DNA from: Amoeboaphelidium occidentale | Taxonomy: Eukaryota | Assembly: GCA_023515795.1 (NCBI GenBank) | Contig: JALGPX010000041.1 | Span: forward strand, 61,525-81,524 | Length of the DNA stretch: 20,000 nt | Reading direction: 5' to 3' | Shown: positions 19,888 to 20,000 of the stretch, piece after piece | How positions within the stretch are numbered: position 1 is the first letter of the stretch | Layout of the letters: each line of letters opens with the position of its first letter | Notes under the pieces: generated by a model | The model's database searches: none | What the model was told of the DNA's origin: nothing | The model's input: only the letters and a program-made list of their open reading frames with translations | Translations under genes and position numbers: made by a program

Positions 19888-20000
19888 GATCGTTTTTGGG
19901 ACAGAATTTGATTTTCTTGAACGTCGACTAGATGGCCACCCGTCCTTCGGACGGACCACCTAGCATGTTTATTGTTCAGTATTGCATATTATTCTCTCTA

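Noticed and set aside
1..20000. Non-standard genetic code (TAA/TAG read as Gln, as in Amoeboaphelidium protococcarum)
   Set aside because: Conserved proteins end at TAA/TAG at the expected C-termini (EF-Tu, TRM112, GLO2, HUS1), and all internal stops fall inside introns.

Overview
Gene-dense eukaryotic nuclear DNA (about 40% GC, standard genetic code) with 13 protein-coding genes, tiny intergenic spacers (mostly 26-125 bp) and 17 very short GT-AG introns (31-48 nt) that I reconstructed by hand. Gene content and architecture suggest a compact early-diverging fungal or opisthosporidian genome (aphelid/Rozella-like); this is an inference. Order: caleosin(+), HUS1(+), KEX2(-), CCT1(-), UGO1/SLC25A46-like(+), mitochondrial EF-Tu(-), Cce1/Ydc2-like resolvase(+), GTP-dependent PEPCK(-), secreted LRR-like orphan(-), secreted Thr/Gly TxT-repeat microprotein(+), patatin TAG lipase(+), TRM112(-), glyoxalase II(-, split by an N-gap with a duplicated 162-bp segment). 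The best novelty candidates are the divergent pair of intronless secreted orphans (especially the TxT-repeat protein), a 75-nt C/D-snoRNA-like stem-bounded element, a run of four adjacent mitochondrial genes with start codons 26 bp apart at TUF1/CCE1, and a GTP-type PEPCK in a fungus-like genome. No mobile elements, CRISPR arrays, tRNA or rRNA were seen.
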